This document shows positions 20,894 to 31,463 of a DNA stretch of 64,000 bases, piece after piece. The notes below the pieces were generated by a model that was given only the letters and a program-made list of their open reading frames with translations, ran no database searches and was not told the DNA's origin. Position 1 is the first letter of the stretch; every line of letters starts with the position of its first letter. Position numbers and translations under genes: made by a program. This DNA comes from a virus (taxonomy: Duplodnaviria; Heunggongvirae; Uroviricota; Caudoviricetes): the IMG/VR virus record IMGVR_UViG_3300027754_000043; one strand, written 5' to 3'.

Positions 20894-21579
20894 TTTATTT
20901 TAATAGTTAAACCCCAAATCATATTTGGAGTATATGGATTACAATACTGTCTATAACTTTCATATGAATTGATATTTGCATCAGCTTCAAACCACTCATT
21001 AAAATCAGATGAAACATAATATTTCTCATCAGCAACTACATAACCAGCTTCTTCTACTTTAGTTTTTATCAATGCTTGTCTATTTGCATCATAATATCGT
21101 AAAAATGGATATCCAGTTTCTTGATAATTCATATATGGGCCGATTGGTAATGTTATTATCAATTTTGAATCGGAATCTTTTAATAATCTACATGATTTCA
21201 ATATACCTCGAATGTCATGATTCCACAATACTATATCTTCTAATTCACTATCAATATCATATGCTTTACCTTCCCAAAACATACCAAAATGTTCAAATAC
21301 TGATATTGAGATTATATAATCATATTTTCTAGATTCATCTAATTTTATAAAGTCTGATTTAATATGTTCCCAATTGGTATTTTTACGAAGCCACGAATCT
21401 GGTAATGATTCTAATATATCAGTAGTTGTAACATTAGTACATCCTAATTCTAATATACTTTCACTAACACCCTCAGATCCACCTTTACATTCGCCAATGA
21501 TTAAAATATCATTATCAATATTTTCAATCTGATTAACAAAGTATGGTACCTCAACTAATTTTGTTCCGATTAATTTCAT
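20890..21579 (-). CDS. SAM-dependent methyltransferase (class I), putative
   Basis: Gly-rich motif I-like LIIGECKGGSEG and a post-II-like DYIISISVFEHF. Confidence 0.4.
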   Translation of the reverse strand: MKLIGTKLVEVPYFVNQIENIDNDILIIGECKGGSEGVSESILELGCTNVTTTDILESLPDSWLRKNTNWEHIKSDFIKLDESRKYDYIISISVFEHFGMFWEGKAYDIDSELEDIVLWNHDIRGILKSCRLLKDSDSKLIITLPIGPYMNYQETGYPFLRYYDANRQALIKTKVEEAGYVVADEKYYVSSDFNEWFEADANINSYESYRQYCNPYTPNMIWGLTIKIK

Positions 21580-22325
21580 ATACCAAATTCATTTTTTACA
21601 CTGTTATAACTATATCCATGCACAAAATCAGTACCATTAAATTCTCGATCAAACTCTTGCTCAATTAAAGAAATCCAATCTTTATCAGATGCATGTCCCC
21701 AATTTTTAACTTTAGTTAGCATTTCTTCTTTAGTTCGAACCCACGAATAGTGATGCATCATAGGATTACCATTCAATGATAATATAGGATAATCGTGACC
21801 ATTAATAAAATTCGGCAAATGATGAAATAGTTGTTGTCGTTCGTGTTCTGATTCTAATTGCCAATTACAATATTGTTTTTTTGTTAACAATCCAGCACCC
21901 TCAACTCTTGTTGCTTGATTTGCTGCATCTCTAAAATACCAATAACATGTAAACCAAAAACTAGCATCTTTATCTTTAATAGTTTCAAACCATGGCATAA
22001 ATTCATCAGACAATATTTCGTCTGTATCTACAAATAGTAACCAATCATTTTTTGCAATATCAGTTCCTAATTTTCTACTTAAATTGTGATAATATCGAGG
22101 AGACTTAGTAGGATCATTCCATTCGAATAATATTATTTTAGTATTTGGATATGAATTAATGATATCATATGATGATTGTAATTTAGATTCATCTTCTGGC
22201 TGACCATTAAAAAAATGAGTACATATTGGAATTATTATTTCATCTGAAAATTTAGATAACTGATCTAAATTACATTTTAAAAATCTATAATCTATAGTAC
22301 TATATTGTAAAATTGTTGATATCAT
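21576..22325 (-). CDS. GT-A-like glycosyltransferase (putative)
   Basis: DxD-containing LLFVDTDEILSD motif. Confidence 0.4.
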   Translation of the reverse strand: MISTILQYSTIDYRFLKCNLDQLSKFSDEIIIPICTHFFNGQPEDESKLQSSYDIINSYPNTKIILFEWNDPTKSPRYYHNLSRKLGTDIAKNDWLLFVDTDEILSDEFMPWFETIKDKDASFWFTCYWYFRDAANQATRVEGAGLLTKKQYCNWQLESEHERQQLFHHLPNFINGHDYPILSLNGNPMMHHYSWVRTKEEMLTKVKNWGHASDKDWISLIEQEFDREFNGTDFVHGYSYNSVKNEFGI

Positions 22326-22328
22326 TTA

Positions 22329-22907
22329 TTAGTTTTTTGAAAAATTTTGAATGTGGTATGTATATACCCCTACCTGTTTAAAATCATATCCCATTTCCGG
22401 TAACATATGTGAAAGTAATGTAACATCATTAGGATATGGATATTTCTGTTCATTTGGATAATCAATGTATGTCGATTTATGAAATGCAACTGGCATATAC
22501 CACCCCATACTATTATATTTAACTTCTCCAATTGGATTATTATTAATATAAGATAAAAATTTGTTATAATCAAACTCTTCTGGCGTTTTTCCACAATCAA
22601 ATTCAACATTTCTGAAATTAACAGGTATTCTGCCAGATTCTATTAATAATCCAGTTACCACTGAATTAGTTGTTGTGTGTTTAATATAAAGTTCATCCCA
22701 ACCCGGACTAACAAACATATCATCATTAATTAACAAAACAACATCATATTTTGCTTTACGTACACCTTCATTATATGCTGCGTATACATCTGTGTTATCT
22801 ACAATTTCTACAATCTCATATGGATTAACTGTGTTTTGTTCGATATATTTTTTGCAAATGTCAATACATCTGCTATTTGATAAATATGGTAAAACTATTG
22901 ATATCAT
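22329..22907 (-). CDS. glycosyltransferase family 2
   Basis: MISIVLPYLSN...VLLINDDMFVSPGW GT-A pattern. Confidence 0.5.
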   Translation of the reverse strand: MISIVLPYLSNSRCIDICKKYIEQNTVNPYEIVEIVDNTDVYAAYNEGVRKAKYDVVLLINDDMFVSPGWDELYIKHTTTNSVVTGLLIESGRIPVNFRNVEFDCGKTPEEFDYNKFLSYINNNPIGEVKYNSMGWYMPVAFHKSTYIDYPNEQKYPYPNDVTLLSHMLPEMGYDFKQVGVYTYHIQNFSKN

Positions 22908-23860
22908 ATTGATGTGTCATTTTGTTTCATCCAATCGATTGTTTGTTGTACACCATCTTTTAAAGAAACTGTTGATTTATAATTTAACTCATTAACTGAT
23001 AATGTAATATCTGGTGTTTTTGTTTTTGTTGTTAACATCTCAGATTCCTTATATGTTATTAAAGAACGATCTGCTCCAGTATATTCCCATATTATATCTG
23101 CTAATGTTTCTATATTGTGATACTCGTTAGATCCAATGTTATAAACACGACCATCAATGAAATTATCTACAATATTCGATATAGCTGTCACAGCATCATC
23201 AATATAAGTACTAGATCTATAATGATTTGTATACACATTAATTGGTAATCCTTTTAATGCGTGATAACAAAATTTACAATTAACCGAACGATATGGGTGA
23301 TAATATTCACCTGGACCATATGTATTGAATAATCGTACAATTACTGCTTCAGTACCATATAATGCTTTTGAATTTGCAATTTGCATCTCATTTGCCCATT
23401 TTGAAATAGCATAATCATTTAACTGCTTAATTTCAAACGTATCCATAATATCTTCTCGCATTACGCCATCAAAATCACCATAAATCTCAGAACTAGAAAA
23501 ATGTACTAATTTAAATTTATATTCTTTTTGAAGTGTTAATAAATTTCGCATTCCGATTGCATTTGATGTCCATAGTTGCTCATAATAATCTTCACCATTC
23601 CATCTACCGAATTCAGCTGCACAATTATATACTAAATCAAATGTTTTACCCGTTTGTGAGAATATTCGATCTAATTGACGATAATCACTAATATCACATC
23701 TACAATAATCTAATGTTTCTCCACTCATTTTTTGAGTAAAACCAATTTCTCCCGGAGCATGATATAAATCAATTCCAAATACATCATGTCCTTTATCTTT
23801 TAATTTTTGTTTTAAAATAGAACCAACTGTTCCTAAAACACCTGTTACTAATATTCTCAT
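22904..23860 (-). CDS. NAD-dependent sugar epimerase/dehydratase (extended SDR)
   Basis: N-terminal ILVTGVLGTVGS Rossmann GxxGxxG and a YxxxK-type SDR layout (YAISKW). Confidence 0.75.
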   Translation of the reverse strand: MRILVTGVLGTVGSILKQKLKDKGHDVFGIDLYHAPGEIGFTQKMSGETLDYCRCDISDYRQLDRIFSQTGKTFDLVYNCAAEFGRWNGEDYYEQLWTSNAIGMRNLLTLQKEYKFKLVHFSSSEIYGDFDGVMREDIMDTFEIKQLNDYAISKWANEMQIANSKALYGTEAVIVRLFNTYGPGEYYHPYRSVNCKFCYHALKGLPINVYTNHYRSSTYIDDAVTAISNIVDNFIDGRVYNIGSNEYHNIETLADIIWEYTGADRSLITYKESEMLTTKTKTPDITLSVNELNYKSTVSLKDGVQQTIDWMKQNDTSI

Positions 23861-23867
23861 TTTTTAC

Positions 23868-24395
23868 TTACTTCTTTTTAAAAATATGTGTACCTTCACC
23901 TACAGTATATTTAACTGTATCATATATCTCAGGCAATACAATTCGATGATATCCATCTTGTTCATATGCATAATTAGTATCATGTATTATAACATATTTA
24001 GGTGTATGCTTATTTAAAATATAATTAGCAACATCACCTCTACAATGCCCAACACCATCTACTAACACAGCATCGAACGAATATTCTTTAAATAATTCAT
24101 CGATACGATCTGTTAATTTAATTGGTAGTTCTGGATTATAATCTACAAAGCCAATTTCATTGTACCAATTAACTTCGCGACCCCAATGTTTATTATGACC
24201 ATAATCTTTTTCAGATACATGGTACCAATCTATTAATTCTGGATATAAGTCATCATTTAATTCGTATGAATATACATACTTAAAGTTTTCTAATAAATAC
24301 TTAGTACCTTCACCTAAGCCAAATTCTAATATTGATATTTTATCTTTTTGTTCAACTGTCGTTTCGACAATATCAATCCAATCTTGATACGGCAT
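23868..24395 (-). CDS. hypothetical protein, possible SAM methyltransferase
   Basis: ILEFGLGEGT resembles MTase motif I; weak. Confidence 0.3.
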   Translation of the reverse strand: MPYQDWIDIVETTVEQKDKISILEFGLGEGTKYLLENFKYVYSYELNDDLYPELIDWYHVSEKDYGHNKHWGREVNWYNEIGFVDYNPELPIKLTDRIDELFKEYSFDAVLVDGVGHCRGDVANYILNKHTPKYVIIHDTNYAYEQDGYHRIVLPEIYDTVKYTVGEGTHIFKKK

Positions 24396-24405
24396 TGTTT
24401 TATCC

Positions 24406-25125
24406 TTATTTTAACGTTTGTAATAAATTTCTATTAATAGCACCTAATTCATGATGATTAGGTAATGCTTCCCAAATTTGTTCATGCCACTGATGGTATA
24501 CTAATTGAGAATCTTCAATTCTACATTGAATATTATTTTTTTGTAAATTGTGAAGAAATGCATCATCGTCATAATATATTCCTGATGCAAAATTATTATC
24601 AAAACCACCAGCATCTCTTAAATCATTTGTATGTATTGCTGCACAAAAATTAAATGGTTGTGGTCTATGAGATGAATGACAATACCATGAAGAGTCTGAA
24701 ATATTAATATCATCAACCGGAGTTGTACGTGTAATAATCTCTGATGATTGTTTTGATAAACTCAATGCACTCATTGCAATATATTCTTTGGATTTAATAT
24801 TATCTAATACATATTGTATGATGTTTGTAGTATGCATACATTCTGCATTTTGAATAATTGTAATCGGAGAGCTAATTAAATTAAATGCTTGATTAAAACC
24901 AATACACGGATTAATCCACCATTTATTATTTGTTTGTATAGAAACTAATTTTATATCTAAGTCAAAATCAGCAAAGTCTTCAAATTGAAGTGGATTCACA
25001 CTCACATCGTCTACAATAATAATATCAACTAAATCTTTTGATTCTTGGTTCTGAATACTCTGTAACGTATTTAATAGTTGTTGTTTTCTATTATAATGCG
25101 TCATACAAATACTAATCTGTTTCAT
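24406..25125 (-). CDS. glycosyltransferase family 2
   Basis: ISICMTHYNR...IIIVDDVS GT-A pattern. Confidence 0.5.
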   Translation of the reverse strand: MKQISICMTHYNRKQQLLNTLQSIQNQESKDLVDIIIVDDVSVNPLQFEDFADFDLDIKLVSIQTNNKWWINPCIGFNQAFNLISSPITIIQNAECMHTTNIIQYVLDNIKSKEYIAMSALSLSKQSSEIITRTTPVDDINISDSSWYCHSSHRPQPFNFCAAIHTNDLRDAGGFDNNFASGIYYDDDAFLHNLQKNNIQCRIEDSQLVYHQWHEQIWEALPNHHELGAINRNLLQTLK

Positions 25126-25135
25126 AACTATTTAT

Positions 25136-25324
25136 TTACTTTTTTATAATAACTGATGTTATACTTTCATTACCCCATGTTTGGGTAACTAACTCAGTTG
25201 GTTTACGATGTATATTTATTTTTTTAATATTTTTTTGCAAAAATTTATTATCATTATCATTTATAAATATTGATTTATATGTGTTTGCTAATTGTGTTAA
25301 ATGTTTCATATTATAATTTTTCAA
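25136..25324 (-). CDS. hypothetical small protein
   Basis: 62-aa ORF between GT genes. Confidence 0.25.
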   Translation of the reverse strand: MKNYNMKHLTQLANTYKSIFINDNDNKFLQKNIKKINIHRKPTELVTQTWGNESITSVIIKK

Positions 25325-26387
25325 GTATTTCTACAATTCTTTTAGATGTATTACCATCCCATTTATATGGTATACTTCCCGTTTTCCATTTACCATCGAA
25401 TAATATATTCATATATATTTTAATGTTATTAGGATTAGTTCCTACTAATTCATTAGTACCATATATAACCGTTTCTGGTCGTTCTGTGTTATTTCGTAAT
25501 GTCATACACGGAATATTCATTACTGTAGTTTCTTCTGTAATACCACCACTATCAGTTATAACGAGTTTTGAATGTTTAACTAAATAATTAAATTCCAAAT
25601 AACTTAAAGGATCTGTTGTATATAAGTTATCATATTGTATATCCAATGATTGTATAATTTTAGATGTTCTAGGATGTACAGGAAATATTATAGGCAATCC
25701 GTGTGAATTATTTACAATTTCATCTAATAATAATTTTAATTGAATTGGATCATCCACATTTGATGGTCTATGCAATGTTATAACAATATATTGTTGATCA
25801 CTAAGATTTAATGTATTCCAAATTTGAGGTTGTTTAAATTTATGTTGATTTTTCAATAATGTATCAATCATAGTATTTCCTACAAAGAAAATAGAATCAT
25901 CAGATACATTAACTGCTTTTAATATAGATGTAGCTATTTCAGATGTAGTAAAAAAATAATCTGTAATTGAATCAGTAACTATCCTGTTAATTTCTTCCGG
26001 CATTGTCATATCACCAGATCTTATTCCGGCTTCTACATGTGCAACTTCAATGTTTAATTTTTTTGCAACAATAGCACACGCCATAGTAGAAGTAACATCG
26101 CCTACAACTAATACCAAATCTGTTGAATTATTGATTAAGAATTCTTCAAATTTAATCATGATTGCAGCTGTTTGTTCTGATTGAGTTCCGCTACCTACCT
26201 GTAAATTAATAGTAGGTTCTGGGATATCTAATTCGTTAAAAAAGTCACCACTCATTTTTTTATCATAGTGCTGACCGGTATGAACTAAATTATACTTAAT
26301 ATTAGTTTTACTCAATTCATGTATAATTGGTGCAATTTTCATAAAGTTAGGTCTAGCACCTGCTACTATAGTTATATGATTGATCAT
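25311..26387 (-). CDS. UDP-N-acetylglucosamine 2-epimerase (non-hydrolysing, WecB/MnaA-like)
   Basis: N-terminal ITIVAGARPNFMKIAPI...VHTGQHYD and a C-terminal ITDSGG epimerase_2 pattern. Confidence 0.8.
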   Translation of the reverse strand: MINHITIVAGARPNFMKIAPIIHELSKTNIKYNLVHTGQHYDKKMSGDFFNELDIPEPTINLQVGSGTQSEQTAAIMIKFEEFLINNSTDLVLVVGDVTSTMACAIVAKKLNIEVAHVEAGIRSGDMTMPEEINRIVTDSITDYFFTTSEIATSILKAVNVSDDSIFFVGNTMIDTLLKNQHKFKQPQIWNTLNLSDQQYIVITLHRPSNVDDPIQLKLLLDEIVNNSHGLPIIFPVHPRTSKIIQSLDIQYDNLYTTDPLSYLEFNYLVKHSKLVITDSGGITEETTVMNIPCMTLRNNTERPETVIYGTNELVGTNPNNIKIYMNILFDGKWKTGSIPYKWDGNTSKRIVEILEKL

Positions 26388-27007
26388 AGTGTGTTGTAAT
26401 AATCGTTTTGTTTTTCTTGTCGTTCTATAGTCTTATGATGTGCTAATGCAAATGCAGAATCTGCAGGAAGATGTGATACTGTTGTGTATCCATTTAATAC
26501 TTCGTGTACTTGATTTACCCATTGTATGTTTGGAGTATTTTTATATATTCTCCACTGATAGTCAGGCCAATTTATCCAATTGTCTTTATTTACTTGCCAA
26601 TTCCATTTATTGATATGTTGATCCGTAATACCTTTTACGGTATTAACTCTTGGTACTCGAATAACATCTACTTCTGAATTTGCTTTTAATATATCCGGTA
26701 ATATTTTACAGATATAATCAGTAGGCATTTCATCAGCATCAATTTGGAAGATGTAGTCTCCCGAACAGAGACTACTTAATTTATTCTTCCAATTTGCAAA
26801 GTGCTTATCGAACTTTGATTTATGCCAAGCAAACTCACCATTTGATGAATGTGCCCTTAAAAAATGTTCGACAGCGGGATCACCATTTGCTTCGTCATAC
26901 AGTATAACTATATTATCTTGGTCTCGTTTGTGCTGAAGCAAAAAGTGCACTAAACGCTGAATTTCAATGAATTCATTACAAACCGTTATTGCGTATGTTA
27001 TTGTCAT
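26384..27007 (-). CDS. glycosyltransferase-like protein
   Basis: ITYAITVCNE...IVILYDE resembles a GT-A start; weak. Confidence 0.35.
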   Translation of the reverse strand: MTITYAITVCNEFIEIQRLVHFLLQHKRDQDNIVILYDEANGDPAVEHFLRAHSSNGEFAWHKSKFDKHFANWKNKLSSLCSGDYIFQIDADEMPTDYICKILPDILKANSEVDVIRVPRVNTVKGITDQHINKWNWQVNKDNWINWPDYQWRIYKNTPNIQWVNQVHEVLNGYTTVSHLPADSAFALAHHKTIERQEKQNDYYNTL

Positions 27008-27031
27008 ATTATTAATATATGAAATTAATAC

Positions 27032-28294
27032 TTATTTACCAACCGTTTCCAATCTAGGCAACTGGATCTTTTTTAGCTCTGGTAATTTTAATTCAACTGA
27101 CTTCGGTATACTTGAAATGGCTTGATCTACAACACTCAACACATCAGTGTATATCTTTGCTACTGCCGTTTTAGTAAATGTGCTATTCGCGAAATATCTT
27201 TGTCTTTTAGCCGGTTCAATCCATTTTTTATAATTCTTATGAACTTCATCAAACATATTGCTAGCATATCTGTAATCAGGTGTAAACCATTTAGCATCTC
27301 CAATTAAAAATTCATTTTGAGCTGACGGGTGTATCGGTGTTAATTGACCTGGTAGTTTACAAATAAATTCTTCTTTTAAGAAATCTGCTTGACCTGAATA
27401 ATGTGGTGCTATAATAGGTTTACCTGTTGTTGAGAATTCTAACAATGGTCTTCCAAATCCTTCTGCTTTAGTAAATGATACCATTGCTTTAATTTTTGGA
27501 TGGTTATACAATGCATTCATTTCAACATCTGTTAAGTCGCCATGCAATAAATATACATTTGGTAAGTTTGCCGTTCCGAATTGTTCTTTAACCATATTGA
27601 TTCTACTTTCAATATCTAAACGATCCATTATACTATATGTAGCCCCACTACATTTTAAAACTAATGCAGGTGCATCCTTTTTATTTTTAAATGTTTCGAA
27701 GAAGTTGTGAATAACACCACCAATATTTTTTCTATCCTCACCTAATTGTCCTTGCAACCAATGTCCTACTGATAAAAATGCAAATGATTCTTCAATTGAA
27801 TCTAATATTGAGAATTGTTCAACATTTTTATTGTTATAAACAGTTTCATCAAAATACTCAGGAATTACTTCAATTTTAGTTGAGATAGTTAAATTGTGTT
27901 TTTTTGCTGTATCAATAAATACTTGTTTTGTGAAATTGCTAGGTACAATTAATAATTGCATTGCATTGATTTTTTCAATCCATTCTGCCGGGCAAATATC
28001 ACCTTCAGTTCCTGCTGTTACTCCAATATTATATTTACCAATTGGTTGCAATTCATTTGGCACTGAAATTTGAACCCAGATATCTGGTTGATCTGGTAGT
28101 GGCAATGGGATAATTCTAAGTTGCAAATCTGTCGAGATTGGGTATGTCATTGGGGTATGACCCCATGGCAATGATACTAATTTAATATCCCATTCAGAAC
28201 CCCTTTGTTCAATTAAATTTGTGATAATTTCACGTGAGTGATGACCATAACCTGATTGTGTCGCAACTGGCGACGCTATAACTACTTTTCTCAT
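27032..28294 (-). CDS. GT-B glycosyltransferase (GT4-like)
   Basis: EGFGRPLLEFSTTGKPII fits the GT4 E-x7-E donor-binding motif. Confidence 0.55.
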   Translation of the reverse strand: MRKVVIASPVATQSGYGHHSREIITNLIEQRGSEWDIKLVSLPWGHTPMTYPISTDLQLRIIPLPLPDQPDIWVQISVPNELQPIGKYNIGVTAGTEGDICPAEWIEKINAMQLLIVPSNFTKQVFIDTAKKHNLTISTKIEVIPEYFDETVYNNKNVEQFSILDSIEESFAFLSVGHWLQGQLGEDRKNIGGVIHNFFETFKNKKDAPALVLKCSGATYSIMDRLDIESRINMVKEQFGTANLPNVYLLHGDLTDVEMNALYNHPKIKAMVSFTKAEGFGRPLLEFSTTGKPIIAPHYSGQADFLKEEFICKLPGQLTPIHPSAQNEFLIGDAKWFTPDYRYASNMFDEVHKNYKKWIEPAKRQRYFANSTFTKTAVAKIYTDVLSVVDQAISSIPKSVELKLPELKKIQLPRLETVGK

Positions 28295-29781
28295 TATGCT
28301 ACTATTCCTGTTCGTTTATAATTCAATTTTTCTACTTTAGTTAATGTGTACATTGGTCTTGATTCTTTAGGAGTTTCAAACAAGTAATCAATCATCGTAA
28401 TCATTGACTGACCCATTTGTTCTGCCGTTAAACCATTTTTCAATGCCCATTCTCTACCAGCATATCCCATTTCATCTCTCAATGTTTCTGGAGTCGTATA
28501 CCAATACATAATTGCATCTGCTACATCTTCAAATCGTACTCGGTCATCAAATATATAAGGTGTTGCTGGTGATCCTTGCAATGATCTATTAGTAGGAAAT
28601 ACTGGTTTAGCCCATACCCCATGCAATTTATACTTACCGGTGTGATTAGTTGCAAATTCACCATCAAAACGAATCCATTCTTCATTTTCATCAACAAACC
28701 CACATTGATCTTGCAACCCACCAGTAACATTGTTAATAATAGGAGTTCCTGACAATATTGCCTCAGTTGAACTAAGTCCCCAACCTTCATTCGAACCAAT
28801 ATTAACTACTACATCGGCTACGTTATACATTGCATTAAGATCTTGTGATGATAGCTTCTGCTCCGAGAATATAATTTTACATTCAGGTGCCAATGTCTTT
28901 GCTACTGCACGTAAATCGGTTCCATTTTCGTCTATTGCTTGAGTATGCATTAATAATGCAACTTTAGACTTTTGATCTGCTGGTAATTGATCAACAAAGT
29001 GTTTAAATGCTAATACTAAATCTCCTGGTTGTTTTCTTCGGATATTTCTATTATTCCACATTACAACAAAATCAACGTTGGTATCTGTTTTAATTTGTTT
29101 AAACATTGATTTATATGCAGTGTCTGCAGAGTCTAATGGTTTAAATACATTGTGATTCAATCCATGTGGAACAAATCCTGTAACTACTTGATTAGATTCT
29201 AAATAACCAGATACAGCATCATTATCATAATCAACAACGTCAAAGCCGTTTTGTTTAAGAACTTCTTTGTGTATATTGTCTGATTGTTTGCTAATTCCCA
29301 TTATTAAATCACAACTACCATAATATGGCGCGTTCCACATTGGGTATGGTAAATCATCCCATATTGAGTAATAAATTAAAGGAATATTAAATGTAGTTTT
29401 AATTTCGTGTTCTAATGCATAAAGCCAAGTCCAATATCGTGGATCTGTAAAGTGAAATATTGCATCAGGTTGTTCTTGATTAATCAATGCAAATAATATA
29501 TTTCGGTCTCCATATCCATTCCATGGTATCAATTTAACAGATACATCTTCTATACCCGTTTCTTCAGCAACTTGTGCCGATAAATCAAAAGCTTGACCAA
29601 CTTCTGGGTGTTGTAATGCTGCACCTAATTGTACCCAATCATAATGCTGTACTGTATTAAAAATAATTTCTTTACTAATCGTTCCAATACCAGATGGCAA
29701 ACGAAAATCGTCTGATAATAATAAAATTTTCTTTTTTGCTGGTTTAGTTGGATTGACTTTACGTAACTTAGGTAATTCCAT
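28294..29781 (-). CDS. GT-B glycosyltransferase (GT4-like)
   Basis: NEGWGLSSTEAILSGTPII fits the GT4 E-x7-E motif. Confidence 0.55.
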   Translation of the reverse strand: MELPKLRKVNPTKPAKKKILLLSDDFRLPSGIGTISKEIIFNTVQHYDWVQLGAALQHPEVGQAFDLSAQVAEETGIEDVSVKLIPWNGYGDRNILFALINQEQPDAIFHFTDPRYWTWLYALEHEIKTTFNIPLIYYSIWDDLPYPMWNAPYYGSCDLIMGISKQSDNIHKEVLKQNGFDVVDYDNDAVSGYLESNQVVTGFVPHGLNHNVFKPLDSADTAYKSMFKQIKTDTNVDFVVMWNNRNIRRKQPGDLVLAFKHFVDQLPADQKSKVALLMHTQAIDENGTDLRAVAKTLAPECKIIFSEQKLSSQDLNAMYNVADVVVNIGSNEGWGLSSTEAILSGTPIINNVTGGLQDQCGFVDENEEWIRFDGEFATNHTGKYKLHGVWAKPVFPTNRSLQGSPATPYIFDDRVRFEDVADAIMYWYTTPETLRDEMGYAGREWALKNGLTAEQMGQSMITMIDYLFETPKESRPMYTLTKVEKLNYKRTGIVA

Positions 29782-29828
29782 TCTGTAACTTTCTATTTTT
29801 GTGTTTATAACTTTATTTAATATAAATA

Positions 29829-30233
29829 TCAGCCAATTATAACTACTGGCTTATTTAACTTAGTAACATTGTTGTGAGCTGTTTTTAATACCGGATCTAA
29901 ACTTGCTTCCGATGTTAATATCATCATGTAATCACATTGCGTTGCAATTAATTTCATTCGGTGATGTAATTGACTAAAATGATATGATTTCCCATAATAT
30001 GACTCTGGCATTGCTGAGTATAAATTATATCCGGAAAATGATGGATTGAACTCACTATAGTTCATACCAAATTCTAATGCATATTTTCTAACATATAAAT
30101 TGGCACCTTCATTACCTCCAGCACCTAATATAGTAAGATCATCTGAAAACTTTGTTTTTAGCATACGAAGTGTTTCTTGAATTTTTCGTTTGTTCTGCCA
30201 ATTTGTATTTCCTATTACTGCAACTTTTGTCAT
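29829..30233 (-). CDS. hypothetical protein (Rossmann/SLOG-like)
   Basis: KVAVIGNT...ILGAGGNEGAN suggests a nucleotide-binding fold; weak. Confidence 0.3.
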   Translation of the reverse strand: MTKVAVIGNTNWQNKRKIQETLRMLKTKFSDDLTILGAGGNEGANLYVRKYALEFGMNYSEFNPSFSGYNLYSAMPESYYGKSYHFSQLHHRMKLIATQCDYMMILTSEASLDPVLKTAHNNVTKLNKPVVIIG

Positions 30234-30445
30234 TATTTCTTTTCATATAAAAATTTAACACCTTTTGGCATAAAGCCATATACCGTTCTAAGCATAGTTT
30301 CCAATGTTTTTGTGTTCTCTTTATGTTTTGGACCATCTATATTAGTACACAATACATATTCACATTTTTCTACTCCTACATATGGATCCCGCTTTGCCAA
30401 TTCGAATTGGTATACATATATATGTTCATGTTTATAACGCTTCAT
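30233..30445 (-). CDS. hypothetical protein
   Basis: 70-aa ORF. Confidence 0.3.
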   Translation of the reverse strand: MKRYKHEHIYVYQFELAKRDPYVGVEKCEYVLCTNIDGPKHKENTKTLETMLRTVYGFMPKGVKFLYEKK

Positions 30446-30463
30446 ACTATATAATAATAAATT

Positions 30464-31423
30464 TTATGAACGAATCCTATTTTCTTTTGGACAATTTACA
30501 TAATCTGTCTTAAAAGGGCAATACTTACAATTTTTGTCACCTTTGCCGGATACTGCCATATAAGGTGCATCAGCATTCTTATTGCCTTCTGTATCAAAAC
30601 AATGTTCAATGAATAAGTCAATTGATTTTTGTACTTTTCTTTGCGTAACCGTACCAGATGCTGGTTTGAATTGTTGAATTCTTTTTTGCGGGAACATTGA
30701 TTCCTCAACTAACTTACGTTTAACAATAAAAAATTCAACATCTATATTATCCTTAGGAATACCAAATTGTTCTGAGAAATAATTCTTATAAGCAACTAAT
30801 TGAGCTGCTTTGATTGAATCCGACTTTTGATATTTATTCCACCCCGTACGACTTGTTTTTATATCAATGATATGCATTGTATTATTAGCAACATCTCGTA
30901 ACACAACATCCATAAACCCGTACCAGTACACTGAAGGATTCTTTATAGATGCTTGGGTACACAATTCAATTTCAATGCCAACTAGTTCCCAATTCTTTGT
31001 GGAAAAGTATTGTTTACGACGTTTCTTAAGCCAATCTAATATAGCGGCACCATCTTCTAAATATTCTGCTAATTGCAATGCATTTGAAAAGTGTTCTCCT
31101 TTATTTTCTTCTACACATCGTTTATATTCTTCTCTTAACTTTGTAGTTAGTATATCTCGCAAATTTAAGTCATCAGCACGTTTAACTGATTCGGTATACA
31201 TAACCGTTAAGAAATATTGCAACGTTTCGTGGAATGCTGTACCAAAACAAGTTTCAATGCTAAATGTAAACGGAGACAATCCATCGATATATGCAAGTTT
31301 CCATTGACGTGGACATTTCTCATATATTGACCATTGCGAATATGATATTCTTCTAGGCACTGTTGTAGCATCTCTTAAAGACAACTTATACAATGGAGCG
31401 ATATAATTTACTTCTGACTTCAT
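30464..31423 (-). CDS. PD-(D/E)XK nuclease, Cas4/RecB-family-like, with a C-terminal Cys cluster
   Basis: IIDIKTS (D-x-K) core and a C-terminal CKYCPFKTDYVNCP cysteine cluster of the type that binds Fe-S in Cas4/AddB nucleases. Confidence 0.55.
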   Translation of the reverse strand: MKSEVNYIAPLYKLSLRDATTVPRRISYSQWSIYEKCPRQWKLAYIDGLSPFTFSIETCFGTAFHETLQYFLTVMYTESVKRADDLNLRDILTTKLREEYKRCVEENKGEHFSNALQLAEYLEDGAAILDWLKKRRKQYFSTKNWELVGIEIELCTQASIKNPSVYWYGFMDVVLRDVANNTMHIIDIKTSRTGWNKYQKSDSIKAAQLVAYKNYFSEQFGIPKDNIDVEFFIVKRKLVEESMFPQKRIQQFKPASGTVTQRKVQKSIDLFIEHCFDTEGNKNADAPYMAVSGKGDKNCKYCPFKTDYVNCPKENRIRS

Positions 31424-31463
31424 ACTATATTATAATAAAAATAATGATAAAAACCAACCGAAC

